A DNA stretch of 64,000 nucleotides from an uncultured delta proteobacterium (GTDB taxonomy: Bacteria; Desulfobacterota; Binatia; Binatales; Binataceae). Made by a program: the position numbers and the translations under genes. Within the stretch, counting starts at the first letter, position 1. Each line of letters opens with the position of its first letter. Positions 49,260 to 57,996 of the stretch are shown one piece after another. The notes below the pieces were generated by a model. That model made no database searches. It saw nothing but the letters and a program-made list of their open reading frames with translations, and was not told the origin of the DNA. Location: positions 160,001 to 224,000 of the forward strand of contig CAVXXK010000004.1 in NCBI GenBank assembly GCA_963765675.1, in the 5' to 3' direction.

Positions 49260-50402
49260 TCAGAGCTTGATTCCGGCCGCTTCGGCCGCTGCCCTGCCCA
49301 TTTCATACATCTGGAAAAGCTTCGAGCGTCCCTTGCGTTCCGGCATTCCGCATTTATCCAGCCGCTCGAAATGCTCTTCCATCTGCTTCAGATTGAACTT
49401 GGTGGTGATCTTGATGCCTTCCTCGATGTTCTCTCTCTTGAGCCCGCCACCCGCCAGGATGATGAACGACTCGGTCAGCTCGGTCGCGGCCGAGCCGGCG
49501 AACGAGATGTTCTCGGCTTCATCGAGATGCGCATGCAGCACCTCGCGCTTTTCGGGAAAGTTCTCGAGAACGTATTTGAAATGCTGCATTCCGTAACCGA
49601 CGTGACGCGCTTCATCCTGCATCACAAGGCGGAAGATGCGCTTGTCCACGTCGGTCGGCGACAGATACTCGCTGAAGCGGAACAGCGTCAGCACGTTGCC
49701 CTCGGCCACCAGGTGCAGCGCCACCGACATCTCGCTGAACGAGTCGGCGTCGCGCAGATGCTTCAGCGCCATCTCGTTGACGGGGCTCGCCTTCATGAGG
49801 CCCCATCCTGTCGTCAGCGCACGCTTGCGAAACGCCTCGGTGTGGCGCGCTTCGTCCGACGCCTGCGTGGCGATAAACGCCTTGACCTCGATAAAATCCG
49901 GATTGAGCCGCGGCAGCCACATCGCCGGCGTATCGGTCGCGATCATCTCGACTTCGGTCAGGAAGGTCATGAGCTGCGAGAGCGCCTTGCCGATCGTTTC
50001 CGGCAGCTCGACGCCGTCGAGTCGCTCCCATGGGATGTCCGTGGTGACGTTCCATTGGCGGCTGACCGCTTCTTCGTAATAGCTTTCGGTGTTGAAGGCC
50101 CAGACCTCGCTCTTGCGCGAGACCCACGGCTGCGCGTCAGGAACGCCTGCCGGAATCTCCGCACCGCGCGGAGCGTAGGAGCGGTTACCGCGGACCTTTT
50201 CGGGCACATCGGTAAAGCCGTAGCTGCCGAGGTCGATGTCACGATAGGTCAGTCCCCGGCGCGGGTTGGCTTCATGTGGCTTGATCTTTTCGGTCGCGGC
50301 CTTCATCCAGGACAGATCCATCTCTCCGGTGCGGATCGTGTAGAGCCACTTGTCGATGAAGTCCTTGTCTTCGAGATAATTGGTGGTTGAAAGATAAGCC
50401 AT
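49260..50402 (-). CDS. Ferritin-like carboxylate-bridged diiron protein (putative catalytic alpha subunit)
   Basis: Canonical E...ExxH...E...ExxH pattern: TEVE, DEARH, AEG, DEARH; GGAGG RBS. Confidence 0.9.
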   Translation of the reverse strand: MAYLSTTNYLEDKDFIDKWLYTIRTGEMDLSWMKAATEKIKPHEANPRRGLTYRDIDLGSYGFTDVPEKVRGNRSYAPRGAEIPAGVPDAQPWVSRKSEVWAFNTESYYEEAVSRQWNVTTDIPWERLDGVELPETIGKALSQLMTFLTEVEMIATDTPAMWLPRLNPDFIEVKAFIATQASDEARHTEAFRKRALTTGWGLMKASPVNEMALKHLRDADSFSEMSVALHLVAEGNVLTLFRFSEYLSPTDVDKRIFRLVMQDEARHVGYGMQHFKYVLENFPEKREVLHAHLDEAENISFAGSAATELTESFIILAGGGLKRENIEEGIKITTKFNLKQMEEHFERLDKCGMPERKGRSKLFQMYEMGRAAAEAAGIKL

Positions 50403-50441
50403 GTTAACCGCGCCTCCGGGCAGGGTTTGCGACTTTGACGC

Positions 50442-50882
50442 TCAATTGAAGCTGACTTCGACCTGACTCGAGAGGTCGAAAAATTTCTGGATCGACTCCA
50501 TGAAACGGTAGAGCTTGTCGTGCCCGTCGGGGTCGTCATAGACGATCTTCAACTGCTCGCCGAAATGCGCGAGCGTGTTCAGATCGTGCGAAGAGTCGGC
50601 CTCGCCGTGGCGATGGATATTCTCGATCATCTCGCGCCAGATTTTGGCGTCGCCTTCGATCATGAAATCGACCTTCTTCAGATCGATCGCGTCAACCTCA
50701 TGCACATTCTTGAGATCGAAGACCTCGAACTCGAGCACGAAGTTGCGCGCCTTCCCGTTTTGTCCAACGCGAACGCCGAAGGTGGTGTCGATAAAGCCGA
50801 GGCGGCGAAACTTTTCCTGCTGCGCCGTCATCTTGCCCTTAAGGGCCTCGAAATAGTCGGTCGAAGGAAAGCTGATTGGCAT
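50442..50882 (-). CDS. SCP2 sterol/lipid-binding-like protein
   Basis: Begins FPSTDYFEAL and contains VDFMIEGDAKIWREMI, an SCP2-like pattern; ATG 50882 preferred over TTG 50942. Confidence 0.6.
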   Translation of the reverse strand: MPISFPSTDYFEALKGKMTAQQEKFRRLGFIDTTFGVRVGQNGKARNFVLEFEVFDLKNVHEVDAIDLKKVDFMIEGDAKIWREMIENIHRHGEADSSHDLNTLAHFGEQLKIVYDDPDGHDKLYRFMESIQKFFDLSSQVEVSFN

Positions 50883-50929
50883 TTGGATAGTCGTCCCTAC
50901 GGTATTGCGGCGAGAATTATCTGTCACCG

Positions 50930-50993
50930 ATGTTACGGTCAAAGAAGCGATAGTTGCAAGCTCGCCGCGAGCTACCGATTAAACGGTCGGTAG
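50930..50993 (-). promoter_or_regulatory. Putative sigma70 promoter plus upstream TetR operator for the diiron operon
   Basis: Minus strand TTGCAA-N18-TAACAT; palindrome CTACCGA-TTAAACGG-TCGGTAG at 50972..50993. Confidence 0.5.
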
Positions 50994-51042
50994 GTTTTGC
51001 CGTGCGTTTCTGGCGAGTTGTGATGCCCATTTTTGGCGATGC

Positions 51043-51741
51043 TCACTTCTGCTTTCGCGACGCGGTTTTCGCGGGCTCGCTGAGGGTGCGGCCGAGCGAC
51101 TCGATCACGCGCAGAATCTCGTCTACACGGTCGAAATCGCCGATACTCTTTTCAAGCGCCATCGAGCCAAAAATAAAAAAGATCGTCCATGAGATCAGCT
51201 CGAAGCGCTGGCGCATTTCGGGCGCGGGCTTGAAGATCTGCTGAAGCGCGCGATGCAGGTAGTCGTTGGTGCGCTTGTTGAGCGCGCTGACCGACTTGTG
51301 CAGCGCAGGGTCGGTGCGGGCGGCGACCGCGAGCTCGAGCCAGGCGAAAAACAGCGGACCGTTCCATGCCTCCCAGAACGCCGCCATAGCCGCGGTCCAC
51401 AGGTCCGCGCCCTTGGGCAGGCCCGCGACGGTCTGCTGGAACTCGGCGATGCGCAGCTCGATCAGGTACTCGACCGCGCTGGTCAGAAGCGCATCCTTCT
51501 TCGGGAAATGATAAAGCTGCGAGCCGCGCGAAAGGCCCGCGCGACTGGCGATTTCGAGCGTGGTGGTATTCGAGTAGCCGCGATCGATCAGGCATGACAG
51601 GGCCGCGTCGAGCACGCGGCGGCGCGACTCGGCGGCTTTCTCTGCCTGGGTCAAGCGCTGTTCCGGACGCGCGCGGTATTTGAAGCGCGGAGGGTCGGCG
51701 CCAAGTTCAGATGTCGGCCGCGCGGAAACTCTGGAAGCCAT
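51043..51741 (-). CDS. TetR-family transcriptional regulator
   Basis: VLDAALSCLIDRGYSNTTTLEIASRAGLSRGSQLYHFPKK; ELAVAARTD. Confidence 0.93.
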   Translation of the reverse strand: MASRVSARPTSELGADPPRFKYRARPEQRLTQAEKAAESRRRVLDAALSCLIDRGYSNTTTLEIASRAGLSRGSQLYHFPKKDALLTSAVEYLIELRIAEFQQTVAGLPKGADLWTAAMAAFWEAWNGPLFFAWLELAVAARTDPALHKSVSALNKRTNDYLHRALQQIFKPAPEMRQRFELISWTIFFIFGSMALEKSIGDFDRVDEILRVIESLGRTLSEPAKTASRKQK

Positions 51742-51854
51742 GATAATTTTGCGCAGGTAATTCGCCGATCTGACATGCCCCCCTACCGTGGTGAATAGCG
51801 CAGCCCGACAAAACCGTCAAGTGTGCTTAAACCGGACGCGATGTCCGTTTTGAG

Positions 51855-52958
51855 TCAGTTCGCGCGCGCCTCTTTCGGACCCCCAGCGCCTTTGGTGGCC
51901 AGCTCCTCGTCGATCACATTGGAGAATTCGTCTATCGGTTGCGCACCGACGAGTTGGCGCCCGTCCACATAGAAGGTCGGCGTGCCGTCGATTCCGAGCG
52001 CCCGACCCTGTTCGAGTTCGCGCTGTACCGTAGCCTCGGTCTTCGCCTGATCGAAGCACGCGTCGAATTTCGTGGTGTCCAGACCGACCTTCTTCGCGGT
52101 CGCCTTCAGGTCGGCCGGTGCGAGCTTCGACTGATTGGCAAAAAGCTGATCGTGATAGGGCCAGAATTTGCCCTGCTGGTCCGCGCATTGCGCGGCTTTG
52201 GCGGCGTCGAGCGCATGGCTATGCATCGGCAGTGGAAAATCGATATACACCAAGCGCACCTTGTCGCCGTATTTCTGAATCACCTGCTTCACGGTCGGCT
52301 CGGCGCGCTCGCAGAAGGGGCACTGGAAATCCGAGAATTCGACGATCGTGACCGGGGCATCGGCGGGGCCAAGAGCGGGACGGCCCGCGCTGGCGACCTC
52401 AGTCCGCGGCGGTTTGAGCAGGATCTTGAGCGGCTCGGCCTTTCGCAGTCCGGCCAGAAGCTTGTCGCGTTGCTCTGAATCTCGCTGATTCTGCATCAGG
52501 GAGAGCAACCGATCCTTGATTTGAGCATAGGTAACGGTGCTGGTGCCCTTGTGGGTGTCGAAGTACTTCTTCGCTTCGGCGTCGGTTACTTTTGGGGTCG
52601 GATCGATGACGTGTTTCTTGACGTATTCATCAACGCTCAGATGCTCTTTCGCGGCGGCCTGTTCGAGCAGGAAGTCGTCGGCGAGCGATTCGATCGCTTC
52701 ATGCTTGAGATCGTAAATCTTGCCGTCAAGCGCAGCCATCTGCGGTTTGATTTTTTCGTCTACCTGCGCCTGCGTTATTTTATGGCCACCTACCGTCGCC
52801 ACCACCGGACCTGGTTGTCCCGCGAGGACAGGCGACGCCGCTGCCATAGCAATCAACGCACCCGCTGCGAGTGCGGCTGTGGCTGATCGTCGGACGATTT
52901 TCAGCACCGATGCGAAATGTCTGAGCCTTGTAAGAGCGGAGATTTCCCGAATGTGCAT
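51855..52958 (-). CDS. DsbA-family thioredoxin with SurA-N-like N-terminal domain (start uncertain)
   Basis: VATVGGHKIT, VEFSDFQCPFC, GTPTF. Confidence 0.9.
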   Translation of the reverse strand: MHIREISALTRLRHFASVLKIVRRSATAALAAGALIAMAAASPVLAGQPGPVVATVGGHKITQAQVDEKIKPQMAALDGKIYDLKHEAIESLADDFLLEQAAAKEHLSVDEYVKKHVIDPTPKVTDAEAKKYFDTHKGTSTVTYAQIKDRLLSLMQNQRDSEQRDKLLAGLRKAEPLKILLKPPRTEVASAGRPALGPADAPVTIVEFSDFQCPFCERAEPTVKQVIQKYGDKVRLVYIDFPLPMHSHALDAAKAAQCADQQGKFWPYHDQLFANQSKLAPADLKATAKKVGLDTTKFDACFDQAKTEATVQRELEQGRALGIDGTPTFYVDGRQLVGAQPIDEFSNVIDEELATKGAGGPKEARAN

Positions 52959-53232
52959 CCCCCCAGCGTATCATGCGGGGTACCTGTGCCGCGAGTGCCC
53001 CCGCCCGCGTCGCATAGCACAAGGAATGGAGCGTTTATTATAATCTCGTGACCTCGATGCCCGCCGTGATGAAACCGATTCCTGCCACGCGTGCAAAGCG
53101 TCCAGCCCTCCTTGAACTCAAGACGCCGCGCACTGTCAGCCTCGAGGCCTGCCGATAGTCGTGGCTGCAGCAACCAAGTTTGACGCAACCGCCGCCAGGC
53201 GCGGTCTGCGAACGAAGCTCGGCGATACGTTT

Positions 53233-54057
53233 ATGCCGGTGCGGCGGGGCAACAAGCTGGTGACGTTCCGTTTCCTGGGACTGCTCGGGCGGCTCGGCAA
53301 TCAAATTTTCCAGATTGCCGCGACGATTGGGATCGCGCGAAAAAACGCTTGCCCATTTTTGCTGCCGTCTTGGGATTACGCGCGCCACTTTGCAAATCCG
53401 TTTCCGCAATCTTCCTTTCGTCCGCGCGCTCGCCGACGGCGCGAGACCAGCTTCGCTTATCAGGAGATCGTGATCGATCGCCCGACTGAGCTGTACGGAT
53501 ATTTTCAATCGGAGCTCTACTTCAAGCATTGCGCGGACGAGATTCGCGGCTACTTTCAGCCGCATCCGAAACTGGCGGCGATGCTCGAGCAGCATTTCGC
53601 CGATCTCCTTGCCCCCGACACCTGCTCGGTCCACGTGCGGCGAGGTGATTACGTCGGCAATCCAAACTTCGTCGATTTGAGCGCCACCGATTACTACGCA
53701 CGCGCGTTCGGGCAGTTCAGCCCGGACACCAGGTTCGTGGTCTTTTCCGACGACCCTGGATGGTGCCGTGCAAGGTTCGGCGAGGAGCGTTTCGTATATA
53801 TCGAAGCACTTAGCGACATCGAGGATCTAATCCTGATGTCCTGGTGCCGGGGACATATAATCGCCAACTCCTCGATGTCGTGGTGGGGAGCATGGCTCGA
53901 CGGGCGCGCGCAGAAGAAAGTGATCGCACCGGCGCACTGGTTCGCGGGTGGGCACGTCGATCCGAGCGTGCGCTTCCATACGCGGCGCGACGGCAATCTG
54001 ATGGACGGTTACTTCGACGCCAAAGATCTGATTCCGGCGGATTGGATCAAGCTCTGA
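53233..54057 (+). CDS. Alpha-1,2-fucosyltransferase (GT11)
   Basis: GRLGNQIFQ, GYFQSE, HVRRGDY, IIANSSMSWWGAWL. Confidence 0.92.
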   Translation: MPVRRGNKLVTFRFLGLLGRLGNQIFQIAATIGIARKNACPFLLPSWDYARHFANPFPQSSFRPRARRRRETSFAYQEIVIDRPTELYGYFQSELYFKHCADEIRGYFQPHPKLAAMLEQHFADLLAPDTCSVHVRRGDYVGNPNFVDLSATDYYARAFGQFSPDTRFVVFSDDPGWCRARFGEERFVYIEALSDIEDLILMSWCRGHIIANSSMSWWGAWLDGRAQKKVIAPAHWFAGGHVDPSVRFHTRRDGNLMDGYFDAKDLIPADWIKL

Positions 54058-54153
54058 GAGAACCGCGTCTTTTGAGGTAGATCGAAAAATGCGTTCGCGC
54101 TGAGCAATGATAGAGTGAGTTCGCCTGTGGACCTCGTCTCAGAGGGGGAGCAG

Positions 54154-54930
54154 TTGTTCAAGTCGTGCTGCCGTTTGATTGTCGGGTCGGCCGTCGCGAT
54201 GGCGCTGTTTTTGCTGCTCTTCGTCCGGTAGAGTTACGGCGATCCCGAAAACCTGCGTGCGGATGAATACTCCGGCCGATTTGGCGATCTCAGCGATGTC
54301 TACCTTTCTGACAACTCGGACTGGTGGTCCGAGATTGCTGAGCAAAGTGACGGAAATCTACAGGAAAAGTTCTTGGCCGTTCAACCCGACCGCCAGAATT
54401 TCCAGCTTCTCGGAATCAGCGTATGGGGATATTCGCTGAACTGGCCGCAAAAGATCATCCACACGCTCGGCCGGGCTACGGTTATAGAACGTGGCGACGC
54501 GTCAACGGGGAGATTCCAAGTCTGTTACAAGCCTGCCGAGAATTCCGGACACACCAAGCTGATCTTCGAAGAAGGGGAGTGCAACGAATCGTTTTATCTA
54601 TTCGAAGACGGGCCATCTTTCCTCGGATCAGATAGCTGTGTCTCCTCCAAGTTGGTAAACGAGCACGTCAAAACGCTTTCGGGGTTGGGCCTCGGCCTAA
54701 CCCCGTCCGAGGTAGTCAAAATTCTTGGTCCGCCTTCGACTACTCGCTCGGACCTTTTGGTCTACAGCTATCACGTCAAGATCCGGCGAACGAAAGAACA
54801 GATCGAAGCTGCGAAACGGGAAGCTCCGTACGCCACGCCCGACCTTGAGTATGACAATCCTCTGCTTCTTATGATGCGATTCCGCAATGGCCGACTGTGG
54901 TATCTATATGAGACTTCCGAAACGTGTTAG
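54154..54930 (+). pseudogene. Secreted hypothetical protein interrupted by an in-frame TAG at 54229..54231
   Basis: GGGGGAG RBS, TTG start, signal-like MFKSCCRLIVGSAVAMALFLLLFVR*SYGDPE... in frame with ORF 54373..54930. Confidence 0.55.
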
Positions 54931-55131
54931 CTGTCACAACCAACCAAACCTGAAAACCGCGTCCACGGCACTCATATAGACCCGACGAATTTACCTGGCT
55001 TCCCGCGCATCGAGCAGCTCTCCTCATCTTTGACTTAAGCTCGAGGAGCGAGACCAAGCCGGATGCGGGTCAATGGTGGGAAATCTCCTCACTTCTAAAT
55101 ACGGCGCTCTTCAAATAGTTTGACAGTCTCT

Positions 55132-55212
55132 GCGAGAGTGGCGGAACGGCAGACGCGCTGGACTTAGGATCCAGTGCCGCAAGGCGTGGGGGTTCAAGTC
55201 CCCCCTCTCGCA
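55132..55212 (+). tRNA. tRNA-Leu(TAG), CCA not encoded
   Basis: GCGAGAGTGGCGGAACGGCAGACGCG-CTGGA-CTTAGGA-TCCAG, variable arm, GTTCAAGTC, CTCTCGCA. Confidence 0.96.
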
Positions 55213-55256
55213 TCGCACCGGCGCAAAAGATCGCCTGACCAGGACGGCTGACGCAG

Positions 55257-55970
55257 ATGAACATGCCCCTGCATCCCAGTTGGCAAGATATTGTGCTTCG
55301 CCTCGTCCTCACGATGGTGGCCGGCGCGGTAATCGGTTTCGACCGGGGCGTGCGGGGACAAGCCGCCGGTCTCAGGACCACGATCCTGGTGGCGCTGGCC
55401 GCGTCGGTTGCGATGATCCAGGCCAATGTCCTGCTTTCTGTCGGCGGGAAGACAGCCGACTCGTATGGCGTCATGGACCTGATGCGTATGCCGCTCGGCA
55501 TTCTGACCGGCGTCGGTTTTATCGGCGGCGGGACGATTTTGAAACGCGGCGATCTCGTCAGCGGGGTGACCACGGCGGCGACGCTGTGGGTGACCACGGT
55601 GATCGGGCTTTGTTTCGGCGGCGGCCAACTGGATCTCGGGATCGCGGCGACGATATTAGCCGTCATCACGTTGTGGACCCTAAAGTGGCTCGACATCCGA
55701 ATTCCGCGCGAGCGCCGCGCGATGCTGGTAATCAACGCGGACGTCAGCGCTGCATCAGCCTACGATCTGGAAAACTTGATCATCCCGGAGGGTTACAACG
55801 CCCAATTCCGCCGCCAAAGCCGTGGCGACGACGCAATGCATGTCAGGCTCTGGTACGAAATCACGTGGACACGGCCCGAGTTGGCAGGTCCACCTTGGGA
55901 TCTCCTGAAGCTCGTCAACGAGCACTATCCTGTCCTCTCCTTCGAAGTGACCTCCGGATTTCGTCACTGA
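55257..55970 (+). CDS. MgtC/SapB family membrane protein
   Basis: AGLRTTILV, GILTGVGFIGGG, GVTTAATLW. Confidence 0.93.
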   Translation: MNMPLHPSWQDIVLRLVLTMVAGAVIGFDRGVRGQAAGLRTTILVALAASVAMIQANVLLSVGGKTADSYGVMDLMRMPLGILTGVGFIGGGTILKRGDLVSGVTTAATLWVTTVIGLCFGGGQLDLGIAATILAVITLWTLKWLDIRIPRERRAMLVINADVSAASAYDLENLIIPEGYNAQFRRQSRGDDAMHVRLWYEITWTRPELAGPPWDLLKLVNEHYPVLSFEVTSGFRH

Positions 55971-55979
55971 TCGAATCAA

Positions 55980-56077
55980 GCGGCCACAAAGACACTAAGA
56001 CACAAAGAGATGAAAGAGCGGGTCTTTCCCGAAGGAAGACCCGCTTCTTCTTCGTGTCTTGGTGTCTTAGTGGCCGC
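55980..56077. repeat. Palindromic intergenic element / possible bidirectional terminator
   Basis: GCGGCCAC-AAAGACAC-TAAGACAC...GTGTCTT-GGTGTCTT-AGTGGCCGC with inner stem GCGGGTCTT/AAGACCCGC, between convergent genes. Confidence 0.7.
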
Positions 56078-56085
56078 CTGATCTC

Positions 56086-57996
56086 TTACGCAGTCAGCGT
56101 CTGCGCGTCGCATAGCGCGCGAAACTTTCCGTCAGAGCGCGAAATGAGCGAGGTCCAGGTGCCCTGCTCCACTATGCTCCCGCTTTCGATCACGTAGATC
56201 AGATCGGCGCATCGGATCGTCGAGAGGCGATGCGCGATTATCAGCGCCGTCACCGCGCCGCGGCGCCGTGTGATCTCGCCGAGGACGCGCGCCTCGGTTT
56301 CGGAGTCGAGGCTGTTGGACGCTTCGTCCAGAATCAAAACGCGCGGACGCCTGAGCCACGCGCGAGCGAGCGCCAGGCGCTGGCGCTCTCCCTGCGAAAG
56401 CGTGACGCCGCGATCGCCGACTATCGTGTCGAGTCCCAAGGGCATCGCGGCAACGAAATCGCTCGCGGCAGCGGCGGCGAGTGCTCCGCGCAGGTCGTCA
56501 TCGGAGGCGTCGGGACGCGCCCAGAGCAGGTTGGCGCGAATCGTATCGTGGAACAAAAACGTATCCGACGCGGCGTAGCCGATCTGTTCGCGCCATCGGC
56601 GCAACTCGCCCGCTTCAAGCGGCACACCGTCGATCATCAGGCATCCGGAGTCCGGCGTTATGAGCCCCATCACCAAATCCGCGATGGTGCTCTTGCCGGC
56701 GCCTGACGGCCCGACAATCGCGACGATCTGTCCGGCCGGAATCGTGAGGTTCACGCCGCGCAACGCAGGCGCCTGGGGTATATAAGCGAAATTCACGCTC
56801 TCCAGCCGGATTTCCCGGCGCAGCTCGGGCGCGCGGCCCGTCGGAGCAGCCAGTTCAAGCTCGTCCGCAAAGTGCGATCGCATCGCGATCAAATTGAGGA
56901 AGGAAGGCGCCGAATTGATGATCGAGTGCCAGTGCTGCAAAGCGGATTGAAAGCGCGGCATCACGCGCGCGAACAATAGCAGCAGAATCAGGATCGCCGC
57001 GGGCGGAACCGCAAGCCATCCGATCGCGAAATAGAGCACGGCACCCAGGATGATCGCCGATCCCAGCTCGAACCACGCCGCGGCCGCGGTCTGGCGGCGC
57101 TGGGCCGTTATATTGGCGCCTTCGACCTTGCGCGTCAGAGCCGTAAACATCGCATAGTTGCGATCCTCGGCGCCGTAGGCCTTGGCCAGCTTGAGATTTT
57201 CAAGATGCTCCGTCATCGCGGCGAACAGGGAATTCATCGACTCGGAAATATCCTCGCCCGCCTGATGAATCTCGCGCGTGCGGCCCCGCATCGCCGCGAT
57301 CAGCGCGATCCCGCATCCGACCACCAGCAGCGTCATCGCGGGCGCAAGCCGCAGCGCGATCGCCAGATAAAGCGCCGTCAGAATCAGGTCGGCCGTAAGC
57401 GTCATCATCTCGAATGCGGCCATCCCGGTCCGCGCCAATTCCGCGGAGAGCGCGTGGGTGAAGTCCGAGCTGCGGCTGCGGACCAGGTAGAGCCAACTCG
57501 CGCGCGAGATCGCGCGGTACAAGTCGAGCCGCAAGGTCGTCTCGAAGCGCTGCTCGACGATAAACATCGCGTCGCTCTGGATCCGTCCGAGAAGCGTGCG
57601 CGCCGCGATCAGGATCACGAAGATCGCAAGCAGGATCGGAAGCGAAGGATAAAGCCCGAACACCGCGAACGCGTTGGTCACCGCGCGCGCGAAGCGGCCG
57701 GCCTCGCCCTGATGCGTCAGGTCGAGCCCCGCGACTTGCAGCAGCGGGAAGAGCAGTAGCACGCCGATCCCTTCGGTCAGCGAGAACGCGATCATCAGCG
57801 CAAGCGCGCCGGCCGCGCGCCAGCGCGCCTCGCGAATCAGCGCCCGTCCCAATCCGATGAGTGCGGGAATCATTCGCGCGCGGCCCGACTCTCGCGCCAG
57901 CGGCTCGCGCGCGGCAGCCGGCGCGATCGGCGATGCCGGGCGCGAAAGCTCTGCGGCCGCTGCGTCAGCTTCGGTCATCAGGGGAGCGCTTGTCAC
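56086..57996 (-). CDS. ABC exporter, fused permease/ATPase
   Basis: SLTEGIGVLLLFPLL TM region, GPSGAGKS, LSQGERQR, LDEASN, IAHRLST. Confidence 0.95.
   Translation of the reverse strand: MTSAPLMTEADAAAAELSRPASPIAPAAAREPLARESGRARMIPALIGLGRALIREARWRAAGALALMIAFSLTEGIGVLLLFPLLQVAGLDLTHQGEAGRFARAVTNAFAVFGLYPSLPILLAIFVILIAARTLLGRIQSDAMFIVEQRFETTLRLDLYRAISRASWLYLVRSRSSDFTHALSAELARTGMAAFEMMTLTADLILTALYLAIALRLAPAMTLLVVGCGIALIAAMRGRTREIHQAGEDISESMNSLFAAMTEHLENLKLAKAYGAEDRNYAMFTALTRKVEGANITAQRRQTAAAAWFELGSAIILGAVLYFAIGWLAVPPAAILILLLLFARVMPRFQSALQHWHSIINSAPSFLNLIAMRSHFADELELAAPTGRAPELRREIRLESVNFAYIPQAPALRGVNLTIPAGQIVAIVGPSGAGKSTIADLVMGLITPDSGCLMIDGVPLEAGELRRWREQIGYAASDTFLFHDTIRANLLWARPDASDDDLRGALAAAAASDFVAAMPLGLDTIVGDRGVTLSQGERQRLALARAWLRRPRVLILDEASNSLDSETEARVLGEITRRRGAVTALIIAHRLSTIRCADLIYVIESGSIVEQGTWTSLISRSDGKFRALCDAQTLTA

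Noticed and set aside
48136-50402. Ribonucleotide reductase R2, sMMO or PaaA/PaaC assignment
   Set aside because: No R1, reductase, coupling protein or PaaB/D/E neighbours, and no family-specific motifs recognised beyond the generic ExxH pattern
55132-55212. tRNA with TAG anticodon as suppressor of the nearby in-frame TAG
   Set aside because: Anticodon TAG reads CTA (Leu); an amber suppressor needs anticodon CTA
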